NCBI GenBank assembly: GCA_043718445.1
Contig: JAYSVR010000026.1
Location: forward strand, 2,900 to 66,899
DNA length: 64,000 nucleotides
From: Acidobacteriota bacterium
GTDB lineage: Bacteria; Acidobacteriota; Blastocatellia; RBC074
Direction: 5' to 3'
Of the stretch, positions 38,337 through 48,513 are shown one piece after another. The position numbers and the translations under genes were made by a program. Position 1 is the stretch's first letter; each line of letters opens with the position of its first letter. Below the pieces are notes generated by a model. That model was given only the letters and a program-made list of their open reading frames with translations. It ran no database searches and was not told where the DNA came from.

Positions 38337-40457
38337 TTATTTTCCCTTCGCATCGTGCGCGCGTTTGATGACATAAGCCTGAATCGCCCTGATCTCATCT
38401 TCTTTCAATACGCCCGCGTAACTCGGCATGCCTTTGCTGGCAATGCCGTTTTGCACAATGCTGACAAAGGCTTCGTGCTGGTTTTGATTCAAGCGGCGTA
38501 GGTCGGCAATCACTCCGCCCCCGACGGCTGCTCCGCCGTGGCAGGTTGAGCAATAGGCCGTGTAAAGCATCCGTCCGCCTTGTATGACTTGCTCAGAAGC
38601 CACCAACGGCGGAGGCGCGGGAATTGGCGAATCTGGTGGCAACGGCGGTAAGACAGCTTTGCCACCGAGTTTGAAAGTGAGTACGCGCGCGATTGATTTC
38701 ACTTTGGCCGCCGCCGCGATGTCGCCGCCGATCACGCCCAACACACCGCCCCATCCCGCCATCACCGTCACGTATTGCTCGCCCTTAACTGTATAAGTAA
38801 CCGGCGGCGCGATGATGCCGGTTTGCGCCGCGACTTCCCATAGTTGTTCACCTTTATCGGCGGAGTAAGCAACGACGCGCCCGTCAGTCGTACCGATAAA
38901 AACCAAATTGCCAGCGGTCGAAAGCACGCCGCCGTTGAGCGGATGTTTATACGTGACTTTCCCCGCAGGCCACGCAGGCTTTTGCGTGACGGGGTTCCAA
39001 GCCAACAAATATCCGACGCTGCCGGCGACCATTTGTTTGATGGTGGCTTCGTCTTCAGGATTCGGAATCGGCAGTTGCGCTACGTTAAAGCCGCGCTTGC
39101 CAGGTTTGTAATTGGGATCGTTGCTGTAAGGAAACGCCATGTCTTGCGTAGGCAAATAAACCAAGCCTGTCAGCGGCGAATAAGACATCGGATGCCAGTT
39201 ATGTCCGCCAATCGGGCTTGGCATAATCAGTTTTATTTCTTTGGAATAATCCGTCGCGGCAGCGTCTTCTGCCGGACGCCCGGTCTTCGAGTCTACGTGC
39301 GAAGCCCACGTGACGTTGACGTATTTTTCGGCTGAGATGAACTCGCCCGTCTGACGATCAAGCACATAAAAGAATCCGTTTTTCGGCGCTTGCATAATGA
39401 CCTTGCGCGGCGTCGTTCCTGAAGGGTCGCCTAGTTTGAGTTCCGCCAAAATCATGTGCTGCGTCGCGGTGAAATCATATTTATCGCCCGGCGTCGTCTG
39501 GTAATGCCACACGTATTCGCCCGTGTCGGCCTTGACCGCGACGATAGAAGAAAGAAACAGATTGTCGCCGCCACCGGGACTGCGCGCGTAAGAACTCCAC
39601 GGCGAGCCGTTGCCTACGCCGAGGTAAAGCAAATTAAGTTCGGGGTCATAAGCCATCGAATCCCACACCGTACCGCCGCCGCCGTATTCCCAGTACTTGT
39701 CGCCCTTCCAGGTTTTCGCCGCCATCTCAAGCGCCTTCGATTCATAAGGTTTTTTCGGATCGCCGGGCACGGTGAAAAAGCGCCACGCCTGCTTGCCTGA
39801 TTTCGCGTCATAAGCCGTCGCGTAACCTCTGACGCCGAACTCGCCGCCCGCATTGCCAATCACGATATTTTTGCCCGCGATGCGCGGCGCTCCAGTAATC
39901 GTATAAGGCCGCGCGCGATCAGTGATCGTATCAACCCGCCACGCGCGCTTGCCCGTCGCGGCATTCAGCGCATCCAGATAACCATCCAGCGTCGCAACAT
40001 AAACTTTGCCTTCCAGCACTGCGACGCCGCGATTGACTACGTCGCAGCAGGCATTGGCTGAGACTTCACGATTCACTTGCGGGTCATACTTCCACAGCAA
40101 CTTGCCCGCAGCGGCGTCGAACGCATAAACAATGCTGAAGGCTCCAGTCGTATACATCACGCCGTCCACGACGATGGGCGAAGCCTCTACGCCACGATCT
40201 ATGTCGAGCTTGTAATGCCACGCGAGGCCAAGCTGTTTCACGTTCTGTTCGTTGATCTGTTTGAGCGGCGAGAATCGTTGTTCGTCAAAGGTGCGCCCGT
40301 GCGCCAGCCAGTTGCCCTGATCGTTTTTAGTTTCAGCAATAATTCGTGCGACGGTGACGTTGCCAGACTTTTTGGATTGGCTGCTGACCGTTGAGTGACG
40401 TTCTGATATGACAGTGGTTAACAGCGTTGCAATGACCGCGACTTTTAACTTATTCAT
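38337..40457 (-). CDS. PQQ-dependent quinohemoprotein alcohol dehydrogenase (type II; PQQ propeller plus C-terminal cytochrome c)
   Basis: Signal peptide. The PQQ-ADH motifs GNWLAHGRTFDEQRFSPL and W-repeat blades are present. C-terminal heme site CSTCHG. Confidence 0.85.
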   Translation of the reverse strand: MNKLKVAVIATLLTTVISERHSTVSSQSKKSGNVTVARIIAETKNDQGNWLAHGRTFDEQRFSPLKQINEQNVKQLGLAWHYKLDIDRGVEASPIVVDGVMYTTGAFSIVYAFDAAAGKLLWKYDPQVNREVSANACCDVVNRGVAVLEGKVYVATLDGYLDALNAATGKRAWRVDTITDRARPYTITGAPRIAGKNIVIGNAGGEFGVRGYATAYDAKSGKQAWRFFTVPGDPKKPYESKALEMAAKTWKGDKYWEYGGGGTVWDSMAYDPELNLLYLGVGNGSPWSSYARSPGGGDNLFLSSIVAVKADTGEYVWHYQTTPGDKYDFTATQHMILAELKLGDPSGTTPRKVIMQAPKNGFFYVLDRQTGEFISAEKYVNVTWASHVDSKTGRPAEDAAATDYSKEIKLIMPSPIGGHNWHPMSYSPLTGLVYLPTQDMAFPYSNDPNYKPGKRGFNVAQLPIPNPEDEATIKQMVAGSVGYLLAWNPVTQKPAWPAGKVTYKHPLNGGVLSTAGNLVFIGTTDGRVVAYSADKGEQLWEVAAQTGIIAPPVTYTVKGEQYVTVMAGWGGVLGVIGGDIAAAAKVKSIARVLTFKLGGKAVLPPLPPDSPIPAPPPLVASEQVIQGGRMLYTAYCSTCHGGAAVGGGVIADLRRLNQNQHEAFVSIVQNGIASKGMPSYAGVLKEDEIRAIQAYVIKRAHDAKGK

Positions 40458-40610
40458 AATTCCCTCTCGAAACGGTTTTCGAAATAACAGCCAGTTTCCA
40501 GCCTGACAGTAATTAGAACTCTAGCAGGTATAACAGTGCCGCCGATTGAACTAATTCAGGTTTCATCTTTGAACCCTTCTGATATGTCAGCTTAGGGCAA
40601 ATGACCTTTA

Positions 40611-40707
40611 GATCGGTTTTCAGTTAGGTTTACGGGAAAACCTTAAACGCGATGTAGGGCAGGTTAAGAACCTACCCTACACCCGTAAACGCAATTGCAA
40701 ACCGATC
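40611..40707. repeat. Nested triple inverted repeat (outer gatcggttt/aaaccgatc, middle gtttacggg/cccgtaaac, inner gtagggcaggtt-aag-aacctaccctac) between an SDR gene and the PQQ-ADH gene
   Basis: Read from the sequence. The inner hairpin shares its core with the 23748-23813 REP-like elements. Confidence 0.5.
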
Positions 40708-41453
40708 TAGTGCAAATAACCGCCGCCATCGCACAAGATCATTTGCCCCGTAATCAATTCGGCGTCATCGCTCGCCAGAAAAGCGATGAGTCCGGCGAGG
40801 TGTTCGGGCTTGCCGCGTTTCTTGATAGCCTGATTGCCCATCACGCGGTTGAAGGCGGCTTCGTCTGAATGCGCCATTGTCCCTTCGGTAGCGATCATGC
40901 CCGGCGCGACGGCGTTCACACAGATATTGTCGTCGCCCATCTCTTTTGCCATCACGCGCGTCATTCCCATCACTGCGCCTTTGGCGGCGACATAAGCCAT
41001 CTGCCCCGGATTTGCCAAAAAATAAGTGCGTGACGCCACGTTGATCAGCCGCCCGTATTCGCTTTTTTTCAGCAACGGATAAATCGCTTTCGACACGAGG
41101 AAGTAGCCGAGATAATTGACCTGAATAAAACGATTCACTTCTTCATACGACAACTCGTGCCAGGGCGTCTTGCCAGAGAGGATGCCCGCGTTGTTGACCA
41201 GAATGTCTACGCGCTCGTGCCGCGACGCGATGGCGGCGACGGCTTGCGCGATTTGCGCTTCGCTTGTGACATCACAGATTTCAGCGTGCGCTTGTCCGCC
41301 CGCCGCGCGAATTTCATTCACGGTTTCGGCGGCATCATTGATGTCGAGAATTTCGACGGCAGCACCATCTGCCGCCAACCGAATTGCCGCAGCCTTGCCA
41401 ATACCGACTGCCGCGCCTGAGACGACTGCGACACGATTTGCTAAACGAGTCAT
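40707..41453 (-). CDS. SDR-family oxidoreductase
   Basis: VAVVSGAAVGIGKAAA and a YxxxK catalytic pair. The start is set at MTRLANR to avoid a 100-bp overlap. Confidence 0.8.
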   Translation of the reverse strand: MTRLANRVAVVSGAAVGIGKAAAIRLAADGAAVEILDINDAAETVNEIRAAGGQAHAEICDVTSEAQIAQAVAAIASRHERVDILVNNAGILSGKTPWHELSYEEVNRFIQVNYLGYFLVSKAIYPLLKKSEYGRLINVASRTYFLANPGQMAYVAAKGAVMGMTRVMAKEMGDDNICVNAVAPGMIATEGTMAHSDEAAFNRVMGNQAIKKRGKPEHLAGLIAFLASDDAELITGQMILCDGGGYLH

Positions 41454-41488
41454 GTGATTTTCCTTTGCTTGCCTTTGCTTGAATAAAA

Positions 41489-42268
41489 TTAGAGTTGCGG
41501 ATTCCGCAAGCTCGGCAAGCCTACGCCTGCCGCATCGAAGCCGCCGTCTACTGCGAGTATTTGTCCGTTGATAAAACTGGCAGCGTCGCTGCATAAAAAT
41601 ACGACGGCGTGGGCGATCTCATCCACTGTGCCGTAACGCGCTAACGGAATCGCATCGCGGTAACTGGTGCGAATGTCTGCCGAATGCACTTGCGCCGCCA
41701 TCGCCGTTTCGACCGGGCCGGGCGCGACCGCGTTCACACGAATGCCGACGTTGCCGTATTCGACCGCCTGCTGTTTGGTCAGATGCATCAACGCCGCTTT
41801 GCTCGTGCCATAAGCGATGCGCAACGTACTCGCACGCAATCCCGAAATCGAAGCGATGTTCACAACGCTGCCACCGCCGGATCGCAACATCACCGGCACG
41901 CAGGCTTGCGTACACAAAAACGGGCCGTTCAAATTCGTCGCCATAACGTGCGACCAATCATCAAACGTAGTTTCGAGCGCAGGTTTGAAAACAGCTACGC
42001 CCGCGTTGTTGACCAATGAGTCAATGCGACCGAAGTGCGCGGCGATTAGATCAATGGCCGTTTGCACTTGTTGTGAATTCGATACGTCGCATTCAACCGT
42101 CAGCGTCGCCAGCGTAGTTTGATCGCGCAAAGCCTCCGCTGTTTGCGCCAGCGTCGCCGCGTCGTAATCAAGCAACGCTACGCGATAACCGGTTGCCAGA
42201 AACTTTTGCACAATCGCCAAGCCAATGCCGCGAGCCGCACCGGTGACGACTGCTACTTTTTCATTCAT
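41489..42268 (-). CDS. SDR-family oxidoreductase
   Basis: VAVVTGAARGIGLAI and NNAG motifs. Confidence 0.8.
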   Translation of the reverse strand: MNEKVAVVTGAARGIGLAIVQKFLATGYRVALLDYDAATLAQTAEALRDQTTLATLTVECDVSNSQQVQTAIDLIAAHFGRIDSLVNNAGVAVFKPALETTFDDWSHVMATNLNGPFLCTQACVPVMLRSGGGSVVNIASISGLRASTLRIAYGTSKAALMHLTKQQAVEYGNVGIRVNAVAPGPVETAMAAQVHSADIRTSYRDAIPLARYGTVDEIAHAVVFLCSDAASFINGQILAVDGGFDAAGVGLPSLRNPQL

Positions 42269-42283
42269 AGGATTTATTCCGTA

Positions 42284-43387
42284 TTACTGACGAGCGTTCA
42301 GGTTTGCCAGCGTATCTTTTAGTTTCGCTTGTTCGGCCTGATTGGCGGGCAATTTTTTGGCGTGAAAAGCCGGAAGCAATTTATCCCACACGACGTTGAG
42401 TTCGGCTTGCATATCTTTGGTGTTCGCCGTGATCGCAATCACGGCGTCGAGTTCGGGCAGGATGATGCAAAATTGTCCGTTGGCTCCGTCGCCGCGATAG
42501 GCATTGTGGCGGCAGCGCCAGAATTGAAAGCCGTAACCTTGATCCCAATCGCGCGCCGGATCGCTGCCGTTAGAAACCTGCTTTGCCGTAGCCTGTTCGA
42601 CCCACGCCGTCGGAACCAATTGCTTGCCGTTCCATTTGCCCTTTTGCAAATAAAGCTGGCCGAATTTGGCGATGTCTTCAGTGCGAACTTTCAAGCCCCA
42701 GCCGCCAAAAGTTTCGCCCTGCGGATTCACGGGCCACTCAGGATTCTCGATGCCTAACGGTTCAAACAAACGCGGCTTCAGATATTCGAGTACGTTTTGA
42801 CCAGTCACTTTGCTCACAATCGCCGACAACATAAAGCTGCCCGGCGTGTTGTATTGAAAGTGCGTGCCGGGTTTGTGCGCTACCGGATGCGCCAAAAATG
42901 TTTTCACCCACGGTGCAGTCGAGGTCAGCAACTTGGTTTCTTCGTTATGGCCGGTCGTCATCGTCAACAGGTCGCGCACACGCATCTGTTTGAGTTTGTC
43001 TGACGGTTCGGCGGGCGCTTGTTCGGGGAAAAATTTCAAGACCGGATCGTCTACGTTCAACTTGCCTTCCGCGACGGCCAAACCAATCGCCGTCGAAGTA
43101 AAACTCTTGCTCAACGAATGCATCACGTGTGGTTTCTCAGCGGCTTCGGGCTTCCACCAACCCTCTGCGACAACGTGACCGTGCCGTATCAACATAAAGC
43201 TGTGCATCGAATTGACCTGCTTATCGGCGGCTTCGACGAAAGCGCGAATGACGGCGGAATCTACGCCTTGCACTTCGGGCGTACTGCGCGGCAGTGCGAC
43301 TTTGGCGGCGGGCGCTGAATGTCCAATCGCAAGTGACGACAGTCCAACCAACATCACAACAAACAAAAATCTCAAACTCTTCATCAA
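42284..43387 (-). CDS. Serine hydrolase of the beta-lactamase/transpeptidase-like family, secreted
   Basis: Signal peptide and the SxxK motif MHSLSKSF. Confidence 0.7.
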   Translation of the reverse strand: MMKSLRFLFVVMLVGLSSLAIGHSAPAAKVALPRSTPEVQGVDSAVIRAFVEAADKQVNSMHSFMLIRHGHVVAEGWWKPEAAEKPHVMHSLSKSFTSTAIGLAVAEGKLNVDDPVLKFFPEQAPAEPSDKLKQMRVRDLLTMTTGHNEETKLLTSTAPWVKTFLAHPVAHKPGTHFQYNTPGSFMLSAIVSKVTGQNVLEYLKPRLFEPLGIENPEWPVNPQGETFGGWGLKVRTEDIAKFGQLYLQKGKWNGKQLVPTAWVEQATAKQVSNGSDPARDWDQGYGFQFWRCRHNAYRGDGANGQFCIILPELDAVIAITANTKDMQAELNVVWDKLLPAFHAKKLPANQAEQAKLKDTLANLNARQ

Positions 43388-43443
43388 CTTTCACTCCTCA
43401 TTTTTCTGCCCGAATTTTTCTATTTGCTAAAAGACTATCGCCT

Positions 43444-44355
43444 TTAGCGCATTCCTACTGAAATAAACCGTAACGCCTCGGGCAAGCCGGTGCGCCAATA
43501 CTCCCACGTATGCCCACCGTCCCGCACTCGGTATTCGTGCGGAATGGCGCGGTCGCGCATCAACACGTGCAACAGTGAATTGCCCGTATACAACGCGCCG
43601 TCATCGTCGCCGCAATCCAGATAAAACCGGACGGCGTGCTTTTGCTTATCCGGCAAATTTTTCATCAAGTCGAGAATGCTGTTCTTACGCCAGAAATCCC
43701 AAAACTCTTTATTGCTACGCGGGTCGCCTTCTTTGCTCTCGCCCAACGCGGCTTTATAGCGGCGCTGGAATTCAGGCAGCGTCAGCTTGTTGACTTCTTC
43801 GTCGGTGCGCACCGCCGCGCTCATCGCGTAACAAGTTTGAAAGAGTTCTGGATGATGCAACGAATAAAGCAAGCTGCCGAAACCGCCCATAGACAATCCG
43901 GCAATCGAACGAAAGCGTTTTTCGGCGCGCGTGCGATAGGTTTTCTCGACGTGCGGAATGAGTTCCTTGATGAAGTAATCTTCGTACTGATATTCGCCGC
44001 GCAGGTGATTGAGATAAAACGTCATCTCGGCGTCAGGCATGACAACGATCATCGGATCGGCTTGTCCCGCGCGCCCGCTTGTATTAATGCTGGCATCAAC
44101 GATGGACTGCATATTGCCGAGTTGAATCCAGTCGCTGTGATCGCCTCCGCCACCGTGTAGCAGGTACAACACCGGATAGCGCCGCTGCGACGTGTCATAT
44201 CCGCCGGGCAAATAAACCGAATACTTCATTTCTTTTTTCAGGGTTTGGCTCTTGATCGTCAACCCTTCGACAACGCGGCTCTCTTGTGCGCACGATGCGA
44301 TGACGCATCCACACAGCATAAAACCCAAAAACAATTTGTTTATTTGATTCATCAT
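43444..44355 (-). CDS. Esterase (putative esterase/enterochelin-esterase-like alpha/beta hydrolase)
   Basis: YPVLYLLHGGGGDHSDW and GLSMGGFGSL nucleophile elbow. Confidence 0.75.
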   Translation of the reverse strand: MMNQINKLFLGFMLCGCVIASCAQESRVVEGLTIKSQTLKKEMKYSVYLPGGYDTSQRRYPVLYLLHGGGGDHSDWIQLGNMQSIVDASINTSGRAGQADPMIVVMPDAEMTFYLNHLRGEYQYEDYFIKELIPHVEKTYRTRAEKRFRSIAGLSMGGFGSLLYSLHHPELFQTCYAMSAAVRTDEEVNKLTLPEFQRRYKAALGESKEGDPRSNKEFWDFWRKNSILDLMKNLPDKQKHAVRFYLDCGDDDGALYTGNSLLHVLMRDRAIPHEYRVRDGGHTWEYWRTGLPEALRFISVGMR

Positions 44356-44377
44356 TTTCTTCCCAACTTACTTCGCC

Positions 44378-44700
44378 ACCCACCGCATCGTGAACATCAC
44401 GAGTGCTGAAATCAAAGCTGGAACGGCAGCAGCTAAAAACAACGCGCGCGTCCTTGCTGAAACAACTGCAAAAGCGGAACACCTGCTTGCGTTTGCTCCG
44501 GTACGAAAAACTCTGTTGCCGCCGCATAGCTTTGCGCGGGATTGATGCGGCTTAACACGCGAGCGATTTGTGATTTGGCTTTGCCCTTCACGCTCAGAAA
44601 TTGCAACGACTCAGGCAGCCAGAAATACATCACCAACGCAATCATCAACGGAATCGTACCGCCTACGTAAAACACCGAACGCCAGCCGTAATGCGGAATT
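44378..44700 (-). pseudogene. 3' remnant of an MFS (aromatic acid:H+ symporter-like) transporter gene, frameshifted
   Basis: WLPESLQFLSVKGKAKSQIARVLSRINPA and the terminal TM segment LFLAAAVPALISALVMF sit in two different frames. There is no start codon or N-terminal half. Confidence 0.45.
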
Positions 44701-45184
44701 AGCCACGCCGCGATGAATCCGCCATCGGCGCATCACTTTCAGCAGGGTTGCCGTGATCGTGCCACGTCCACGCAGGTGTGAGAATAAAATCGCCAGCGTT
44801 CATTGTGACTCGTTCGCCTTCGACCGCCGTGTAACCATACTCAGGGGCATGTGATTCCAGCACGAAGCGCAACGCCGAAGCCTGATGGCGATGGCTGCGC
44901 GCAACCTCACCGGGCAGCACCAATTGCAACCCTGCATAAAGCGTTTGTGTAATTTGCGACGCGCCACGCAAGCCAGGGTTTTCTAAAACCAACACGCGGC
45001 GTTCGGCTTGTTCGGCAGTGATGCGTTCGCCTGCTTCGAGCAGCAAAGGACGCATCGCGTGATAAGACCAATGCGCGGGCTGCACCGGCGTCATCGGTTC
45101 AGGCGAAACGAGCCGAGCCAGTGATTCCCACAAAGGCGCGGCATGACATTCGGCGAGTCGCGCGTTAAACGTAAGATCTTGCAT
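44699..45184 (-). pseudogene. 5' fragment (first cupin, about 160 aa) of a gentisate 1,2-dioxygenase gene, truncated and abutting the MFS remnant
   Basis: APLWESL...[11 protein letters not shown]...ALRFVLE...[21 protein letters not shown] are GDO N-terminal-domain motifs. The second cupin is missing. Confidence 0.5.
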
Positions 45185-45649
45185 AAACTTTGAGTGGTTA
45201 CTGCGCGCCGACGAATGAATACAGCAATTTTACGACTGTGATTGCGGTTGTGATTCAGAAGCCGCGCTCGAATTCACTGGATTGATTGCAGATCCCATAC
45301 GTAACCCAAAATTGTTATTACTGCTGCCCACCAGCCTAGCGATTTCAAGGCAAAACAACCTATGAGATGGCGATATGTAGTTGCTAAATTAAGCTACTCC
45401 ACAAAGGATGGTTTGTTTTTGTTGTATTCGTAAAGCGAATGTCTAGCGACTGGTGGTGAGCAGGATTCTATTCACATTGCAGCGAAAAGGAAACGCTTGA
45501 CGGGGAATAGGTGGACTTGCTGAGGAAAGTTGGCTGAGAGTCTCTGGGGTTAGAATTCCTGGGAAGGGGGAGCCACCTGTGTGAGGCTAGAGGATGAAGC
45601 GCCTTGTGGAATACAGTCCATTTTACCAAGGCGCTTCAGACCTGCGGGG

Positions 45650-47100
45650 TTACAGAGCTTTGAGGAAAGCCAGACTAGGAGCGAAGAAATACTCGCCGCC
45701 GCGCATCTTCACGAACCCTTGCAGGGAAAAAGCCGTTGCGGGCGTCGCGCTACCCCAGTTTCTGGGCCAGTTCTGATTGCTGACCGGCCCGACGCCGATG
45801 ACTGGGTCAAGGCCGGGCGGTGGCGGTGGTACGCCCAGCGGAAAACTCGGATTATTGGCCCACGTTTGTTGGGTGAATTGAAATTGTTGTTCGATCTTGC
45901 CGTTGTAAGCCATAAACAACAGGCCCACGCCGCCGGTTGGCAACAAGGGAGCCACCTTCGCGTTGAACTCAGCCAGCGACCCGACTTCAGGCAACGTGGA
46001 AGGATGCGTCTTGCGCGCCACGTCTTCATATGGAATGCCGCGGCGCGGCATTAAATGTTTGCGCTCGGCGGGTTCTGGCTCTGCGCCGCCGGTGCCGCGC
46101 GGATTCACTTTGCGAATATGTGCGTGGAAGGGACAGCGCGCACCCGGGTCGCCTTTGTAACCGAAATTATTCGGAGGCGTCAGTCCCAATGCCTCGTCAG
46201 CAAGTGTGACGGGCGTGCCGTCTTCAAACCGTCCAACGGCTAAGGCACCAGCCAGTTCGCGGGTTTCGCCAGTGAACCCCAACGCATCGGCCAGTTGCTG
46301 TTCCCGCAGCTTGAAGCCTTTGACATCCTGTTCCAATTTGCGGAAGACGAAATAGCTGCCGAAACTGATGGCTCCTAATCCAGTGGGCGCGCCGGGGTCT
46401 GGAATCAAAGCCGTCTCCAGCGGGAAAGCCGGGTTCCAGTCACTGATGCCTGCTTCGGCAGACTCCTTCTCAATGTCTTCTTTGAGCAACAAAGGTTGGC
46501 TGCGTCCGTCTACGTAACCGAAATGTTCGATGCCTTCGCCTGCCTGATTGTTCAAGGCTTCGCCTTTTTGCTGGTGAATGATCGTGCCGCCCCCTTTGGT
46601 CAACAGGTTGATCATCTCATCACGTTTGACGCGCAACCGATTCACGTTGCTGTCGCCCAACAACAGCATGCCGTCAATCTGACCTTGAAAAGGCGTTTCC
46701 CAGGAAGCCACCGGGGGATCATTGAGCGCCGTCAAGCTCGACGCCGCCTGCATGCCGTTCACAAAGATCAGATTCGTCGGGCGCGCCGTCGGCAACCCCA
46801 GCGCAACATATCCAGTGGAGGAAAGAAACAAGGACGCAAACGTGTCACCTACTTTGCCGTACTGGTGATACTCCTGAGTTTCCTGCAACTGCCGCATGGC
46901 GCTGGTCAGGTGAAAGTTGGCAATTTTGCGCAATGACTTTTTCATTGCGGAAGCCTGGGCCGGGTTAATCTTAAAAAAAATATTGATAGTCAGAGGGCGT
47001 CCGTGACCTTTCAGGATATTGCCTTGCAGCGTTTGCAGCATTTCCTGCTCCTCCTGATTCGCCAGTTTCCAGGAGATTGGTTTTGTCAGATCAATTGCCA
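45650..47100 (-). CDS. Dyp-type peroxidase
   Basis: GNILKGHGR, HFGYVDGRSQP (GxxDG), proximal-His region RCPFHAHIRKVNPR and the C-terminal GGEYFFAPS. The start is probably MAIDLTKP. Confidence 0.8.
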
Positions 47101-47386
47101 TTGCTGTTGGTTCCTTTCTGTGCTGATTAATCAACGACCGGAACAAGCCTGCCTCGAAACCCCGTGGCAAGCTCATTCATGAAATTCACCGGCGAGATAC
47201 TGATGCTGAAATTAGTCAGCCTCGCACGGTTTCACTTATGAGTTACTCAATGACGTATGGCAAAAAATGGTAAAACGTTTCATCCCTCAGGATAAATGGC
47301 TTGGCTGATGGTTAGGAGTGGTTAGAAGTCAGCCGTAGGACAATCGTTATTATGTGCCGACTGCCCTACGGTTTCTCGGCGCGCAG

Positions 47387-48260
47387 TTAGAATAACAGCT
47401 TCAGCGCGAACTGAATCTGGCGCGGCGCATATACGCCCGCCGTCGTCGTGATTTTGCCGAAGGCTGCGTTGCCAAAGGCCGTATTCGGTTGCCCGAAAAC
47501 CGGATGATTCGGCACGTTAAACATCTCGGTGCGGAATTGCAGGTTCCAGCCTTCATATAACTTGAAGGTCTTGAACAACGACGCATTGATGATGCTCTGG
47601 CGCGGGCCGGTGCCTACGTTGCGCGGTGCATTACCCAACGTGAAAGCCGTCGGCAAAGCGAAGGCTTTCACGTCGAGGGATTGTCCGCCTGTGCCTACGG
47701 TTGGGTTCGACACGCGAATGTTGGAGTTCACCAGATTTGGACGCTCAACGCCGCCGCCGATGATGCCGCTGACGGCTTGTTGATCGGTGACGGTGAACGG
47801 CAAACCGGTTTGCCGCGTCAGGCTGCCATTGGTTTGCCAACCGCCGAGCGCCGCGCCCGCTGCGCCTGTGAGTGATTTGCCGAAGGCAGTTCATAGTTCG
47901 CGCCGAACGAGAAGCGATGGCGAATGTTGAAATCACTGGTCGCCCAATCGTATTTCTTGACGTTCTCAATCGCGCCCGCAAACGGCCCGATGAAGTTGCC
48001 ATACCCGCCCGTGCTGGTTCCCAGACCGGTGACATTGTCTTTGCTGTTGCCGAAGTTATAGCCCGAAGTCAGGCTGAGTCCTTTGCCAAAGCGGCGATTA
48101 AAGCTCAGTTGCAACGCGTGGTAAGTGGCAGTGCCGCCGGTCGTGAAATAGCCAATCGTCGTCACGCGCGGTGCGGTCACATCAAGGCCAAGCCAAGTAG
48201 CAACGCCAACAGCGTCAGGCAAGTCTTGCCTTTTTGTATGACAAAAAATCTATTCATAGT
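47387..48260 (-). pseudogene. Remnant of a TonB-dependent receptor: intact signal peptide followed, out of frame, by only the last about 270 aa of the barrel, with a further frameshift near 47810
   Basis: MNRFFVIQKGKTCLTLLALLLGLALM then a stop. The barrel C-terminus ...QIQFALKLLF is read in other frames. Confidence 0.45.
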
Positions 48261-48420
48261 ACCTCCTAGGAGTTTGGGCTTGCCTGTGAAGAGAAAGCAG
48301 GAGCCGCGTGAGCAATTAACAACGTCGCCAACGCGCGTTGCGATAAATACGCCTAACGATTCAGGCGCTCTTTCTTCCCAAAGCAAGCTATTTGAGGTGG
48401 TGGTGTGGTGGGATTGAATC

Positions 48421-48500
48421 GTCTCTAAAACAACAGGTAGTGACGACTTCAGTTGTTCCGTGCATTCGTGGTATCGGAACGACTGAAGTCGTCATTACCT
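48421..48500 (-). terminator. Rho-independent terminator downstream of the PepSY gene (25-bp stem with 2 mismatches, then a U-rich tract on the minus strand)
   Basis: aggtagtgacgacttcagttgttccg ... cggaacgactgaagtcgtcattacct, then guuguuuua on the minus-strand transcript. Confidence 0.5.
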
Positions 48501-48513
48501 TCAACTTAATCTT

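Noticed and set aside
45581-46054. 157-aa plus-strand ORF overlapping the 3' end of the DyP peroxidase gene
   Set aside because: It is antisense to a gene with clear DyP motifs. It has no RBS or recognisable features.
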